This document shows positions 9,120 through 19,033 of a stretch of DNA of 64,000 bases, in pieces. The DNA is from Alphaproteobacteria bacterium. GTDB taxonomy: Bacteria > Pseudomonadota > Alphaproteobacteria > GCA-2731375. Where the stretch lies: assembly GCA_965225945.1 (NCBI GenBank), contig CBDDBZ010000038.1:1-64000 (forward strand), read 5' to 3'. Position numbers and translations under genes: made by a program. The notes below the pieces were generated by a model. It was given only the letters and a program-made list of their open reading frames with translations, searched no databases and was not told the origin of the DNA. Numbering within the stretch: position 1 is the stretch's first letter; each line of letters starts with the position of its first letter.

Positions 9120-10631
9120 ATGTTGGTCGTGGAGACGATAGCGCGGATCCGGCGGGAGTATTTCGTCAAGGGGAAGCCGATCAAGGAGATCGTGCGGGAC
9201 GTGAAGGTCTCGGGCAACACGGTGCGCAAGGTGATCCGTTCGCAGGCGACGGCGTTCACCTACGACCGGCGGGTCCAGCCGATGCCGAAGCTGGGGCCGT
9301 GGACGGCCGAGCTGGAGCGGATGCTGGAGGCCAACGAGACCAAGTCGAAGCGGGAGCGGCTGACGCTGCTACGGATCTCCGAAGCCCTCGAGGGTCTGGG
9401 CTATGGCGGCGGCTACGACGCGGTGCGGCGCTACGCCAAGGCGTGGCGGTGGCGCCGTTCGGCATCGACGGCGCAGACCTATGTGCCGTTGGTGTTCTCG
9501 CCGGGCGAGGCCTATCAGTTCGACTGGAGCCACGAGTACGTGGTGCTGGCGGGGGTGACGACCAAGGTCAAGGTCGCGCACGTCCGGCTGTGCCACAGCC
9601 GAATGTTCTTCGTCCGCGCTTATCCGCGCGAGAGCCAGGAGATGGTGTTCGACGCCCACGACCGGGCATTCCGGCTGTTCCAGGGTGCCTGCCGGCGAGG
9701 CATCTACGACAACATGAAGACGGCGGTGCAGACCGTCCTCATCGGCAAGGAGCGCGCGTTCAACCGGCGCTTCGTGCAGATGTGTGGCCACTACCTGGTC
9801 GAACCGACAGCATGCACGCCGGGAGCGGGATGGGAGAAGGGGCAGGTCGAGAACCAGGTCGGGATCATCCGCGGTCGGTTCTTCACCCCGCGGCTGCGCT
9901 TCAAGACCTACGACGAGCTCAACGCCTGGCTCTTGGACCAGTGCGTCGCCTACGCCCGGCGTCATCCCCACCCGGTGTTCAAGGACAGGACTGTCTGGCA
10001 GGTGTTCGAGGACGAGCGTCCGTCCCTGGTCGGCTATCGCGGGCCGTTCGACGGCTTCCACGCGGTCCCGGCGTCGGTGTCGAAGACCTGCCTGGTGCGC
10101 TTCGACAGCAACAAGTACAGCGTGGCGGCGCGCGCCGTCGGCCGTCCGGTCGAGGTCCATGCCTACGCCGATCGCATCGTCATCCGCCAGGACGGCGAGA
10201 TCGTCGCCGAGCATGCCCGGCGCTTCGGCCGCGACCAGACCGTCTATGACCCGTGGCACTACGTGCCCGTGCTGGCGAGGAAGCCCGGTGCGCTTCGTAA
10301 CGGCGCGCCGTTCAAGGACTGGGCGCTGCCCGGCGCCCTGGGTCGCGTGCGCGTCCGGCTCGCCGGCCACGACGACGGCGACAGGCAGATGGTCGAGATC
10401 CTCACCGCCGTGCTGGCGGATGGGCTGGCGGCGGTGGAGGCCGCCTGTGCCGAGGCGCTCGCTGGCGGCGTGTGCAGCGCCGACGTCGTGCTCAACATCC
10501 TCAATCGTCGGCGCCAGCCGTCCGAGACGGCGCCGATCCCGACGCCCGCGAACCTGCGTCTTCGCTTTGAGCCGGTGGCCGATTGCACCCGCTACGACCG
10601 CTTGAGGGGGGTCGGCCATGGAGCGCCATGA
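9120..10631 (+). CDS. istA: IS21 transposase IstA
   Basis: 503 aa; N-terminal [15 protein letters not shown] and [13 protein letters not shown] motifs. Confidence 0.95.
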   Translation: MLVVETIARIRREYFVKGKPIKEIVRDVKVSGNTVRKVIRSQATAFTYDRRVQPMPKLGPWTAELERMLEANETKSKRERLTLLRISEALEGLGYGGGYDAVRRYAKAWRWRRSASTAQTYVPLVFSPGEAYQFDWSHEYVVLAGVTTKVKVAHVRLCHSRMFFVRAYPRESQEMVFDAHDRAFRLFQGACRRGIYDNMKTAVQTVLIGKERAFNRRFVQMCGHYLVEPTACTPGAGWEKGQVENQVGIIRGRFFTPRLRFKTYDELNAWLLDQCVAYARRHPHPVFKDRTVWQVFEDERPSLVGYRGPFDGFHAVPASVSKTCLVRFDSNKYSVAARAVGRPVEVHAYADRIVIRQDGEIVAEHARRFGRDQTVYDPWHYVPVLARKPGALRNGAPFKDWALPGALGRVRVRLAGHDDGDRQMVEILTAVLADGLAAVEAACAEALAGGVCSADVVLNILNRRRQPSETAPIPTPANLRLRFEPVADCTRYDRLRGVGHGAP

Positions 10632-11346
10632 GGTCCTGGAGATGATGGCCGCACTCAAGCTCGCCGGCATGCGCGACGCGTTCGACGAGGTGCTCGCCGA
10701 CGGCCTCAAGCGCCAGCATCCGATGCAGCGAATCATCGGCGAGCTGTTGAAGGCCGAGATCGCCGACAAGCAGGCGCGATCCATCAAGTACCAGATGAGT
10801 GGCGCCAAGCTGCCGCTGGCCAAGGAGCTGGCCGACTTCGACTTCACCGACACCCCGGTCAACGAGCCGCTGGTCCGCGAGTTGGCGGTCGGCGGCTTCC
10901 TGGCCAACCAGCGCAACGCCGTGCTGATCGGCGGCACCGGCACCGGCAAGAGCCATCTCGCCGTCGCCATCGCGCGGGCCTGCATCCGCGATGGCGCCCG
11001 GGGCCGCTTCTTCAACGTCGTCGACCTGGTCAACCGGCTCGAGGCCGAAGCCCGCGCCGGCCGCCAGGGCCGGCTCGCCGATCAGCTGGCCCGGCGCGAC
11101 CTCGTCATCCTCGACGAGCTCGGCTACCTGCCCTTCGCCCAAACCGGAGGCCAGCTGCTGTTCCACCTCGTCAGCCGGCTCTACGAGCGCACCTCGATCA
11201 TCGTCACCACCAACCTGACCTTCGGCGAATGGCCGTCCGTCTTCGGCGACGCCAAGATGACCACCGCGCTCCTCGATCGTCTGACGCACCACTGCGAGAT
11301 CATCGAGACCGGAAACGACTCCTGGCGCTTCAAGAATCGGTCCTAA
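10618..11346 (+). CDS. istB: IS21 helper ATPase IstB
   Basis: 242 aa; Walker A GGTGTGKS, Walker [18 protein letters not shown]. Confidence 0.95.
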   Translation: MERHEVLEMMAALKLAGMRDAFDEVLADGLKRQHPMQRIIGELLKAEIADKQARSIKYQMSGAKLPLAKELADFDFTDTPVNEPLVRELAVGGFLANQRNAVLIGGTGTGKSHLAVAIARACIRDGARGRFFNVVDLVNRLEAEARAGRQGRLADQLARRDLVILDELGYLPFAQTGGQLLFHLVSRLYERTSIIVTTNLTFGEWPSVFGDAKMTTALLDRLTHHCEIIETGNDSWRFKNRS

Positions 11347-11735
11347 AGGCAACCGATCCACCTGCCGCCCGGTCGCCCAGGTGGGCCCACAGGAACCTCC
11401 CACGCGCGGTCCGCCGCCAGCCGCGTGGTGGGCGCGTCGGCCCGCGCGCGGGCCCCTCCTATGGACTACCTGTACGACCTCCGCCGTGCATCCCCAAAGG
11501 GGTCAACATTGCACGCCGATAGGGGGTCAATGTTCAACGCCGATTGACAGCGAGATCAAGAACGCCTGCCCCGGTAGCTGCCGCTAAAGACTCATCCGCC
11601 CGGAAGAAAATCGCTTCCGGCGATGCCGAGGGGAGAGATAAAGCGGCTCTACCCCCTCGAAGAAGTGTTCGCTTATTGGCGCCTCCCGCGCCGCGCCTCT
11701 CGGGGACGTTCCCACGGTCTCGAATCGGCGACGTC

Positions 11736-11786
11736 GCGACCCGGGGGGCAACCCGGGAGGGCGATCCGGAGGGCGACCCGGGGGGC
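11736..11786. repeat. Degenerate tandem repeat, about 4 x 12 bp (GCGACCCGGGGG-like)
   Basis: gcgacccggggg gcaacccgggag ggcgatccggag ggcgacccgggg. Confidence 0.5.
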
Positions 11787-12109
11787 CAGGGGCGGTTCTC
11801 GGCGGACCCCGGTCACGCCGCCGGCCCCTCGGCCCCCGCCGCCGGCGACACCCGAGAACCGGGTCGCCAGGCCCGCGCGAACCACAGCTCGGAGGAAGTG
11901 ATTTTACAACGGCATGTTCAGAAACCTTCTTTTTGGGCCGATTCGGAGCGATTTGGAAAAAAATGAGGCCAGAATGAGCACGTCTTTTCGCCTCGCAAGG
12001 CCCGATTCTCGGCTCCCGACGCACGAAAACGTAATGAATCAACGCGAACAGTAATGTTTCTTGCGCCCGGGTCGGGCCCATCGCGCCCGCCGTCCTCGTC
12101 GCGCCGCCG

Positions 12110-12235
12110 CTCGAGCATGCCCACGGCTTCGATTTCGAGCGGCGGACCCACGCGGCGCCCGACGCCACCGCCGATCGGGACGAGGCGAGGCGGGCCTTCA
12201 TCGAGAAGCGCGGGCCCGAAGTCAAGGGGACATGA
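12110..12235 (+). pseudogene. Remnant C-terminus of an enoyl-CoA hydratase/crotonase
   Basis: Translates LEHAHGFDFERRTHAAPDATADRDEARRAFIEKRGPEVKGT*, matching the typical crotonase tail (D..E...AF.EKR.P..KG); no upstream coding part. Confidence 0.6.
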
Positions 12236-12244
12236 CGCCCGCCC

Positions 12245-13033
12245 TCAGACCACCGGCGAGCGGCCGCCATCGACGTTGATGGCGGTGCCGGTGATGTAGG
12301 AGCCGGCGTCGGAGGCGAGGAAGCAGGCGATGTTGGCGAACTCTTCCGCCGTGCCGACGCGGCCGAGCGGCACGCCGCGCTGCTTCGCCATATCGTCGAG
12401 GAACTCCTCGTAAGTCATTTGGTCGGCGACCTTTTCGTGCCAGCGGACCCACTGGTCGCTCTCGATGAAGCCAACCAGGAGCGCGTTCACCAGCACGTTG
12501 TGGGCGGCACCTTCCTGGCTCAGGACCTTGGTGAGCGCCATGCCGGCGGCGCGGCTGACCGCCGTCGGCGCGCCGCCACCAGGCGGCGCCTTGGCGCCGA
12601 TGTTGAGGACGTTGATGATACGTCCCCATTGCCGTTCCGCCATGGCCGGAAAGGCGAGGCGGGCGAAGCGAATGGCGCCGAAGAGCTTGAGCTCGAGGTC
12701 GTCTTGCCACATTTCGTCGGTGATTTCGACGAAGGCGCCGGTCCGCGAGGTCCCGGCGTTGTTGACCAGGATGTCGATCCGGCCCAGCTCGGCGATTGCT
12801 TTCGCAAAGGTGTCGGCAACCGCGCCCGCATCGGCGACGTCGCAGGATATTGCGACCACCCGCCCGCCCGTCGCCGCCTCGATCTCGGCCTTGGCGCTTT
12901 CCAGTACCTCCGGCCGCCGGGCCACAATCGCGACCTCCGCGCCCGAGGCGGCGAAAGCGCGCGCCATCGCCTTGCCGAGGCCGGCGCTGCCGCCGGTAAC
13001 CAGCGCCTTGCGGCCGTCCATTCTCGCTTCCAT
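12245..13033 (-). CDS. Short-chain dehydrogenase/reductase (SDR)
   Basis: TGGSAGLG, NNAG, YITGTAINVDGG; RBS AGGGAGG before ATG 13033. The usual YxxxK position reads TAVSR. Confidence 0.92.
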   Translation of the reverse strand: MEARMDGRKALVTGGSAGLGKAMARAFAASGAEVAIVARRPEVLESAKAEIEAATGGRVVAISCDVADAGAVADTFAKAIAELGRIDILVNNAGTSRTGAFVEITDEMWQDDLELKLFGAIRFARLAFPAMAERQWGRIINVLNIGAKAPPGGGAPTAVSRAAGMALTKVLSQEGAAHNVLVNALLVGFIESDQWVRWHEKVADQMTYEEFLDDMAKQRGVPLGRVGTAEEFANIACFLASDAGSYITGTAINVDGGRSPVV

Positions 13034-13046
13034 GTCGAAACCCTCC

Positions 13047-13367
13047 CTAGTGGATGAAATCCAACATATGGTACCCTTACGATCCCATATCCTGGTTTCT
13101 CGCCAGGAGGGCGCCCGCCGGCGATGCCGGCACATCGTCAAGGGTGCCCGACGCAGCGAGAAGCCAGGATTTGGGAGAAGCCAGGATTTGGGAGAAGCCA
13201 GGATATGGGAGAAGCCAGGATATGGGACCCGAAGGGCGGCTTCCCGAGCCCGCCGGACGCGTTGCCCGGCGCTTGTGATGCGCCCGCATCATGGCGCACC
13301 GGGCGCCTTTCCGGACGAACTCGGGAAACCGTCGTAGGGGTGCCATATGTTGGATTTCATCCACTAG
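13047..13367. mobile_element. MITE (321 bp) with 36-bp TIRs and an internal 17-bp tandem array
   Basis: CTAGTGGATGAAATCCAACATATGGTACCCTTACGA (13047-13082) versus its inverted copy 13332-13367 (2 mismatches); CTAG at both ends. Confidence 0.85.
13158..13225. repeat. Tandem repeat 4 x 17 bp GAGAAGCCAGGATWTGG
   Basis: Two TTT-type units then two TAT-type units; an inverted near-copy lies at 13083-13101. Confidence 0.9.
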
Positions 13368-13413
13368 GCCGTGCCACCGGTGCCGCGCCGAATGCTTACC
13401 ATATGATGAGAAT

Positions 13414-13526
13414 CGTCATCGCGAGCGAGCGAAGCGAGCGCGGCGATCCAGTGGGCGTCGATGCCTATCGCCAACGTCGATATCCGGGGCGCCACCCTGG
13501 ATCGCGACGCTTCGCTCGCGATGACG
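13414..13526. repeat. REP/RPE-like palindromic element
   Basis: CGTCATCGCGAGCGA...GCGATCCA ... TGGATCGCGACGCTTCGCTCGCGATGACG inverted arms, resembling alphaproteobacterial intergenic palindromic repeats. Confidence 0.75.
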
Positions 13527-13539
13527 GTAAGGAATGCGG

Positions 13540-14598
13540 CTAATCGAAGAGGAACACCCCCTTGCCCGTCGTTTGGGTATCGAACAGCGAATAGGCCTCC
13601 TCCGCCTGATCCAGCACATAGTGATGGCTGAACAGGTGGTCGACGTCGATGCCGCGATCGGCGATATAGCGCGCGCATTCGCCCTGGCCGATCGCCGAGA
13701 AGGTCCACGAGGCGACGATGGTGAGCTGCTTGCGGATCATGTCGGGGCTGACGTTGATGGTGACGTCGTTGCCCTCGCCGACGAAGCAGACCGTGCCCCA
13801 GGTCTTGGCGGCGCGAACGGCGTTGATCCGGGCCTCCGCGATGCCGGTGCAATCGAGGGTCAGGTCGGCGCCCTCGCCATGGGTCAAGTCCTGGATCGCC
13901 GCGACGGAATCGACGTCGTTGGCGCTCGGATCGATCACCGCGTCGGCGCCGAACTCAACTGCCAATTCGCGGCGCTCCGAGCCGATGTCCAGCGCGATCA
14001 CCCGCGCTCCCATGGAAGCGGCGAGCTGCGTCGCGCTCAGCCCCACCGGTCCCTGGCCGAAGATGGCGATGGTGTCGCGGCCCGAGAGGTTGATCCGCCG
14101 AAGCGCGCCATAGGCGGTGCCGGTGCCGCAGGAAATCGCGGCGCCGGTGGCAAAGCTGAGCTCGCCCGGCAGCGCCACCAGCGTGCTCGCCGGGATCACC
14201 ATGTATTTCGCATGCGCGCCGTGTCCGGTGGCGCCGTAGACCACGACGCCTTCCCGGCAGAGCTGCTGCCAGCCGACGCGGCAGTGCTTGCAATGGCCGC
14301 AGCCCTTGTAGTGATGCACCATCACCCGCTGGCCGACCTGGATCTGGGCTTGCGAGACGCCCTCGCCGATCTCGGCGACGATGCCGGAGGGCTCGTGTCC
14401 GGCGATGATCGGGCCGTCGATATCGCCGAGCCCCAGCGCGGCGGTGCCGCCGCCCTTGGGCGCGCGGTAGAACTTGAGGTCGCTGCCGCACATGCCGGAG
14501 GCCTTCATCTCGATCACCACCTCGCCCGGGCCGGGCGAGGGATCCTCGAAGTCCATGAACGCGAGCTCGCGGTCCCCCATGAAAACGACGGCGCGCAT
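13540..14598 (-). CDS. Zinc-binding alcohol/threonine-type dehydrogenase (MDR)
   Basis: CGSD, GHEPSG, structural Zn CGHCKHC...C, GQGPVG; strong RBS AGGAGG. Confidence 0.93.
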   Translation of the reverse strand: MRAVVFMGDRELAFMDFEDPSPGPGEVVIEMKASGMCGSDLKFYRAPKGGGTAALGLGDIDGPIIAGHEPSGIVAEIGEGVSQAQIQVGQRVMVHHYKGCGHCKHCRVGWQQLCREGVVVYGATGHGAHAKYMVIPASTLVALPGELSFATGAAISCGTGTAYGALRRINLSGRDTIAIFGQGPVGLSATQLAASMGARVIALDIGSERRELAVEFGADAVIDPSANDVDSVAAIQDLTHGEGADLTLDCTGIAEARINAVRAAKTWGTVCFVGEGNDVTINVSPDMIRKQLTIVASWTFSAIGQGECARYIADRGIDVDHLFSHHYVLDQAEEAYSLFDTQTTGKGVFLFD

Positions 14599-14624
14599 GA
14601 TCTCTCTCCTCCTCCTTGGTGGCC

Positions 14625-15623
14625 TCAGCCGGCGCGAATGAATTTCTGGAAGGCGTGGCAGGTCAGCGGCGCGAAATGGTCGATGGCACCGGAGGCCTTG
14701 ACCACTTCGCCGACGTATAAGTCGCCGCGGCTGTCCGCCCAGATCCCGTGCGGCACGATGAAGTTTCCCGGCAGCAGGGGGTTCCAGCCGCCGATCTGCG
14801 CCTGGATGTTGCCGTCGAGATCGCAGATCGTCACCCGGGCGATCGGCGCGTGGCCCACCGGCGGCAACTGCATCAGGTTGTAGTGCGGCACGTCGGACGG
14901 CGGCACCATCCAGCCCAATTCGGCGATATAGAGGTTCTCCTGCTCGTCGATAAAGAGGTCGTCCGGCCGGTTGACCCAATCCCAGAGGTCCAGGAACTCG
15001 CCGTCGGCGGAGAAGATCTGAATGCGGGAATTTTCCCGGTCGGCGACGAAGACCCGGCCCGAGCGATCGACGGCGATGGCGTGCGGCAGGTTAAATTCGC
15101 CGATGGCGCTGCCCGGCCCGCCCCACGAGGTCTCGAGCTCGCCCTCGGCCGAGAACCGGTGGACCCGGGCATTGCCGTAACCATCCGAGATGAAGAGCTC
15201 GCCCTTGGAGCCGATGGCGACGTTGGTCACCATGTTGAAGGGACCGCCCGCCCTCTTCACCGGACTTTCCCCGAGCTTGAAGCCGGTATCGGCCGGGTTC
15301 TCGCTATCGCCCAGCGTCATCAGCAGCTCGCCCGAGGTGGTGAACTTGCGCACCGTGTGGTCGAAGTTGTCGCAAGCCCAGAGGTGGTCGTCACGGTCGA
15401 TGAAGATGCCATGGGCGTTGGTGAAGATGTCCTCGCCCCAGGCATCTAGGAACCGGCCTTCCCGATCGAACACCATCACCGGATGATCGCCCCGGTTGAA
15501 GACGTAGACGCGATCTCGAGAATCGACGGCGACGCCCGCCACCTCGACGAAGGACCAACCCTCCGGCAGCCTCTCCCAACCCTCGAGGACCTCGTATTCG
15601 AACTTATGCGGTCCGATCGCCAT
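14625..15623 (-). CDS. NHL-repeat beta-propeller, peptidyl-alpha-hydroxyglycine alpha-amidating lyase (PAL)-like
   Basis: SDGYGNARVHRF, FNLPHAIAVD, VADRENSRIQIF and PHGIW are the PAL-like NHL signatures. Confidence 0.85.
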   Translation of the reverse strand: MAIGPHKFEYEVLEGWERLPEGWSFVEVAGVAVDSRDRVYVFNRGDHPVMVFDREGRFLDAWGEDIFTNAHGIFIDRDDHLWACDNFDHTVRKFTTSGELLMTLGDSENPADTGFKLGESPVKRAGGPFNMVTNVAIGSKGELFISDGYGNARVHRFSAEGELETSWGGPGSAIGEFNLPHAIAVDRSGRVFVADRENSRIQIFSADGEFLDLWDWVNRPDDLFIDEQENLYIAELGWMVPPSDVPHYNLMQLPPVGHAPIARVTICDLDGNIQAQIGGWNPLLPGNFIVPHGIWADSRGDLYVGEVVKASGAIDHFAPLTCHAFQKFIRAG

Positions 15624-15743
15624 TCGTGTTCCCTCCCCTCGCCGCCCGGAGCCCAAGTCTAGAGGATCGAGCACGCCGGGCGCCAGCGTGGTTCGCTCGG
15701 GGCGGTAAATCGGCTACCCTCGATGCGGCTTCGGGAGGCAGGC

Positions 15744-16721
15744 ATGAACCAAACGCAACGGGTGCCGGTCGTCGATATCGCGCCGCTCAGCGCCGGCGAC
15801 GAGCAGGCGAGGGACGGAGTCGCGGCGGCGATCGGCGAGGCCTGCGTCGAGATCGGCTTCTTCTACGCCCTGAACCACGGCGTGGCGGAGGACACCATCC
15901 GCCGGGCCGCCGGGACCATGCTGCGGTTTTTCCGCGCGAGCCCGCACCTGAAGCAATCCGTCAAGGCGAACGCCAACCACCGGGGCTGGCATGGGCTGGG
16001 CGATGCGTTGATGCGGGGCGCCAAACGTCCTGACCTGAAGGAGTTCTATCAGGTCGGCCTGGAGCTGGGGGCGGGCGATCCGGACGTCGTGGCCGGCGAG
16101 CCGTTGCGTGGTCCCAACCTGTGGCCGGATTTCATGCCGGAAATGCAGGCCGACATGACCGCCTATTTCGACGCCGTGGCGGCCTGCGGCCGCAAGGTGT
16201 TGGAGGGCGTGGCGCTCAGCCTCGGGCTGAAGCGGGACTTCTTCCAAGATAAATACGAGAAACCCCTGCAACGGACCCAGGCGGTCTACTACCCACCGCA
16301 ACCGCCGGAGCTCGGTCCCGACCAGTTCGGCGTCGCGCCGCACACCGACTTCGGCTGCATCACCCTGCTTTGGCAGGACGACAACGGCGGCCTCGAGGTC
16401 GAGACCCCGGAGGGCGTCTGGATCCAGGCGCCGCCGATACCGGGAACACTGGTCTTCAATATCGGCGACCTGCTGGGCCGCTGGACCGACGGCCATTACC
16501 GCTCGACCCCGCATCGGGTGATCAACCGTTCGGGCCGGGAGCGGTTGTCGATCGCAACCTTCTACGACCCGAGCTTCCGCGCCGTGGTCGACCCCCGCGA
16601 GATCGGCGCCGGCGACCACGCGGCGGCGCGCGGGGAGGCCCACGGGGAAGCGACGACCGCCGGCGATCACATCCTCGGCCGCATCGAGGCCTCGTTCGGC
16701 TATCGCAAGCGCCTAGGCTGA
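15744..16721 (+). CDS. 2-oxoglutarate/Fe(II) oxygenase, isopenicillin N synthase family
   Basis: GFFYALNHG, HTDFG (HxD), PHRV, RLS (RxS). Confidence 0.92.
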   Translation: MNQTQRVPVVDIAPLSAGDEQARDGVAAAIGEACVEIGFFYALNHGVAEDTIRRAAGTMLRFFRASPHLKQSVKANANHRGWHGLGDALMRGAKRPDLKEFYQVGLELGAGDPDVVAGEPLRGPNLWPDFMPEMQADMTAYFDAVAACGRKVLEGVALSLGLKRDFFQDKYEKPLQRTQAVYYPPQPPELGPDQFGVAPHTDFGCITLLWQDDNGGLEVETPEGVWIQAPPIPGTLVFNIGDLLGRWTDGHYRSTPHRVINRSGRERLSIATFYDPSFRAVVDPREIGAGDHAAARGEAHGEATTAGDHILGRIEASFGYRKRLG

Positions 16722-16731
16722 GCCGGCGGCG

Positions 16732-18316
16732 ATGGCGAGCGAGACGAGCCCGGGACGAGCGAGCCGGGAATGGCCGTTCGTCATCCTGGCGAGCTTGGTC
16801 GCGGTCGCCATCACCTTCTCGCTGTTCTACGGCACCTCGTTTTTCCGCGACATGGTGATCGTCTTCGAGGGCGGCTACAGAATCGCGGGCGGACAGGTTC
16901 CCTTCCGCGATTTCTACATCCCCGGCGGCGTCGTCTTCTTCTACATGCAGGCGTTGGCGATTTTACATGCAGGCGTTGGCGATTTGGATCTTCGGCGCGA
17001 GCGCCCTTTCGATGCCGGCGCATGCGGGTCTGTTGGCGGCGATCGTCGCCCTGATGACCTACCGCTTGGCCCGCGAGGATCTGGGACCAGCGCTCTCGCT
17101 GACGGCGAGCGCATTCATGGTGCTGTCATTGAATGGAATCTTCGGAAGCCCCCACTACGGCTTCGTCGCCTATTTCTTCTTCAACGTGGTCTGCCTGCTG
17201 CTGCTCCGGCGGTTCGAGCGGCCGGTCTCGCCGGGCTTCGCCGCAATTCTGGCGGTGCTCAGCGCTCTCGCCATCTTGAGCAAGCAGGATCTCTTGGTGA
17301 CGGTGCCGCTGGTGGCGCTCTACCTCTGGCTCTCAGGCGCGGCGGACGCGCGGACGGTGCTGCTCGCCTATCTCGCCCCCCTGGCGATAATGCTCCTCGC
17401 CACGGCCGCCCTGTTCCAGCTCCAGGGTGATTTCCTCTACTGGTTCCACCATGGGCAGGCCCCGCACCAATCGCGCTTGCCGGTGCCGGGGGATCTGATC
17501 GGGGCAATCGCCAGCGATTGGCGGTTTTGGATCGCGCTGGGGGCCATCGCGGCGCTTCTCTGGCGTCGAGGGCCGGCGGGCCGGCAGCGTTCCGGGTTGC
17601 TGGCCGTCCTGTTGCTCGCGCTGCCGCCCCTCGTCCTCGCCGAGACCTCGGGGCTCGAGGAACAAACCCGCCTTCAGGGCATCCCGTTGCTGTTGCTGGT
17701 GCTTTATCGCCTCGCGACCACGAGCGAGCGCCTGGCGGAGCTTGGGAAACGAAGCGGAATTCGACGACGGACGCTGACACACCTGGCTAAGACGGCGCTG
17801 GTCGGGGCGCTGCTGGTTCTCGTGACGCCGGTCGCCCTCCTGGTCTCCCTCGACGTCAACCTGGCCCATCACTTGGGCCGACCGTCGCTTTCCGGCGTCG
17901 GTGACGGAGACGTCCGGATCGACGAGGGCGCCTATCGAGGCGTATTGCTGCGCGAGGCGGCGGCCCGAGATCTGGACCGGATCCGGGCGCTGATACGAGA
18001 ACGTGGCGCACGGGTCGTCAACCTGATTTCATACGCCTTCATTTACGCCGACTTCGATCTGGCCCCACCGAGGGGCCTCCCCCTCTGGTTCGACCATGGA
18101 ATCACCTTCTTCGACGCCCAGTTGCCGGCGCTGACGGAAGGCCTCGTGGCGCGAAAGCCCGAGGTGTTGTTGCTTCAGGACGCGCACAATCATCACGACC
18201 GGAAAGTGCACGGGCGCCTGCGCGACTATTTTCTCGCGCACGGCTACGAGCGGGTGATGCGGGCGGCGTCACCGCGCGCCGATCGGCCTATCGACGTCTT
18301 TGTGCGAAAGCGCTGA
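16732..18316 (+). pseudogene. Polytopic membrane protein (GT-C/glycosyltransferase-like), frameshifted by a 22-bp tandem duplication
   Basis: N-terminal D...FEGGYRIAGGQVPFRDFYIP loop followed by many TM helices; TACATGCAGGCGTTGGCGATTT is duplicated at 16942-16985 and shifts the frame. Confidence 0.7.
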
Positions 18317-18336
18317 AATCGGCGGAATTCCAGGGC

Positions 18337-18816
18337 TTTTGGTTTCCATCGACATCAATGTGGCGCAATTGCTCGACCGCCCTTCGCTCTCCGGCGTCGG
18401 CGACGCGGACGCGCGGATCGAGGCGGGCGCCTATCGGGGCGTGCTGATGCGGGCGGCGGCGGTCCGCGACCTCGGCCGCATCCGCGCGCTGATCCACGAA
18501 CGGGGCGGCTCGTTCGTCGCCTTCACCTCTTAGGGGTTCATCTACGCCGATTTCGACCGGCCGCCGCCAACCGGCCTCCCGCTCTGGTTCGATCACGGAA
18601 TTTCGTTCTTGGATGATCAGATAGCGGAACTGACGGAAGGTATCGTGGCGCGAAAGCCGGGGCTCTTGTTGGTTCAAGACGCACACGACCATCAATTATC
18701 GGAATCTTCACCGTCGCGTGGTGGACTATTACCTCGCACACGGCTACGAGCGGGTGATGCGGGCGCAATCGCCGCGCACCGACCGGCCTATCGAGGTGCT
18801 GGCGCGAAAACGCTGA
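18337..18816 (+). pseudogene. Diverged tandem copy of the C-terminal domain of the preceding membrane protein
   Basis: LLVSIDINVAQLLDRPSLSGVGD...GAYRGVL...FTS*GFIYADF...GLPLWFDHGI...ARKR* parallels about 17837-18316; contains an internal stop and a frameshift. Confidence 0.85.
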
Positions 18817-18899
18817 AAACGGCGAATTTTAGGACCTTTCGCAAGACCGATGCGCCGTGGCGCACGGCTCCGCTGGGGCGAAGTGTGACGATTGCCACT

Positions 18900-18928
18900 T
18901 TGATTTTCGCCGCGCGTGACGATATGAT
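18900..18928 (+). promoter_or_regulatory. Putative sigma70-type promoter of the radical SAM operon
   Basis: TTGATT-N17-TATGAT about 105 bp upstream of ATG 19034. Confidence 0.4.
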
Positions 18929-19033
18929 ACTCAGGCTGCGGCTCGCTAGGAGAACCACGGCTGGGCGAGGGGCCGAACAGACCTTCGAGGCACCCGTCGC
19001 GCGACGCTTCCGCTGGCAAAACGAGAGTAGAAC

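Larger units (their letters stand above)
9007..11549 (+). mobile_element. IS21-family insertion sequence
   Basis: TG...CA ends with reiterated subterminal repeats (CGGCGTGCAAAGTTGACCCC / ATCGGCGTCCAAATTTGACCCC on the left, inverted copies at 11499-11549); istA-istB inside; flanks do not match (no TSD). Confidence 0.92.

Noticed and set aside
11550-12100. ORFs in the GC-rich spacer right of IS21
   Set aside because: The translations are low-complexity, driven by 12-bp degenerate repeats, with no RBS or family motif.
13158-13225. 17-bp repeats as a CRISPR array
   Set aside because: The units are directly adjacent with no spacers, too short, and no cas genes are present; it is a VNTR within a MITE.
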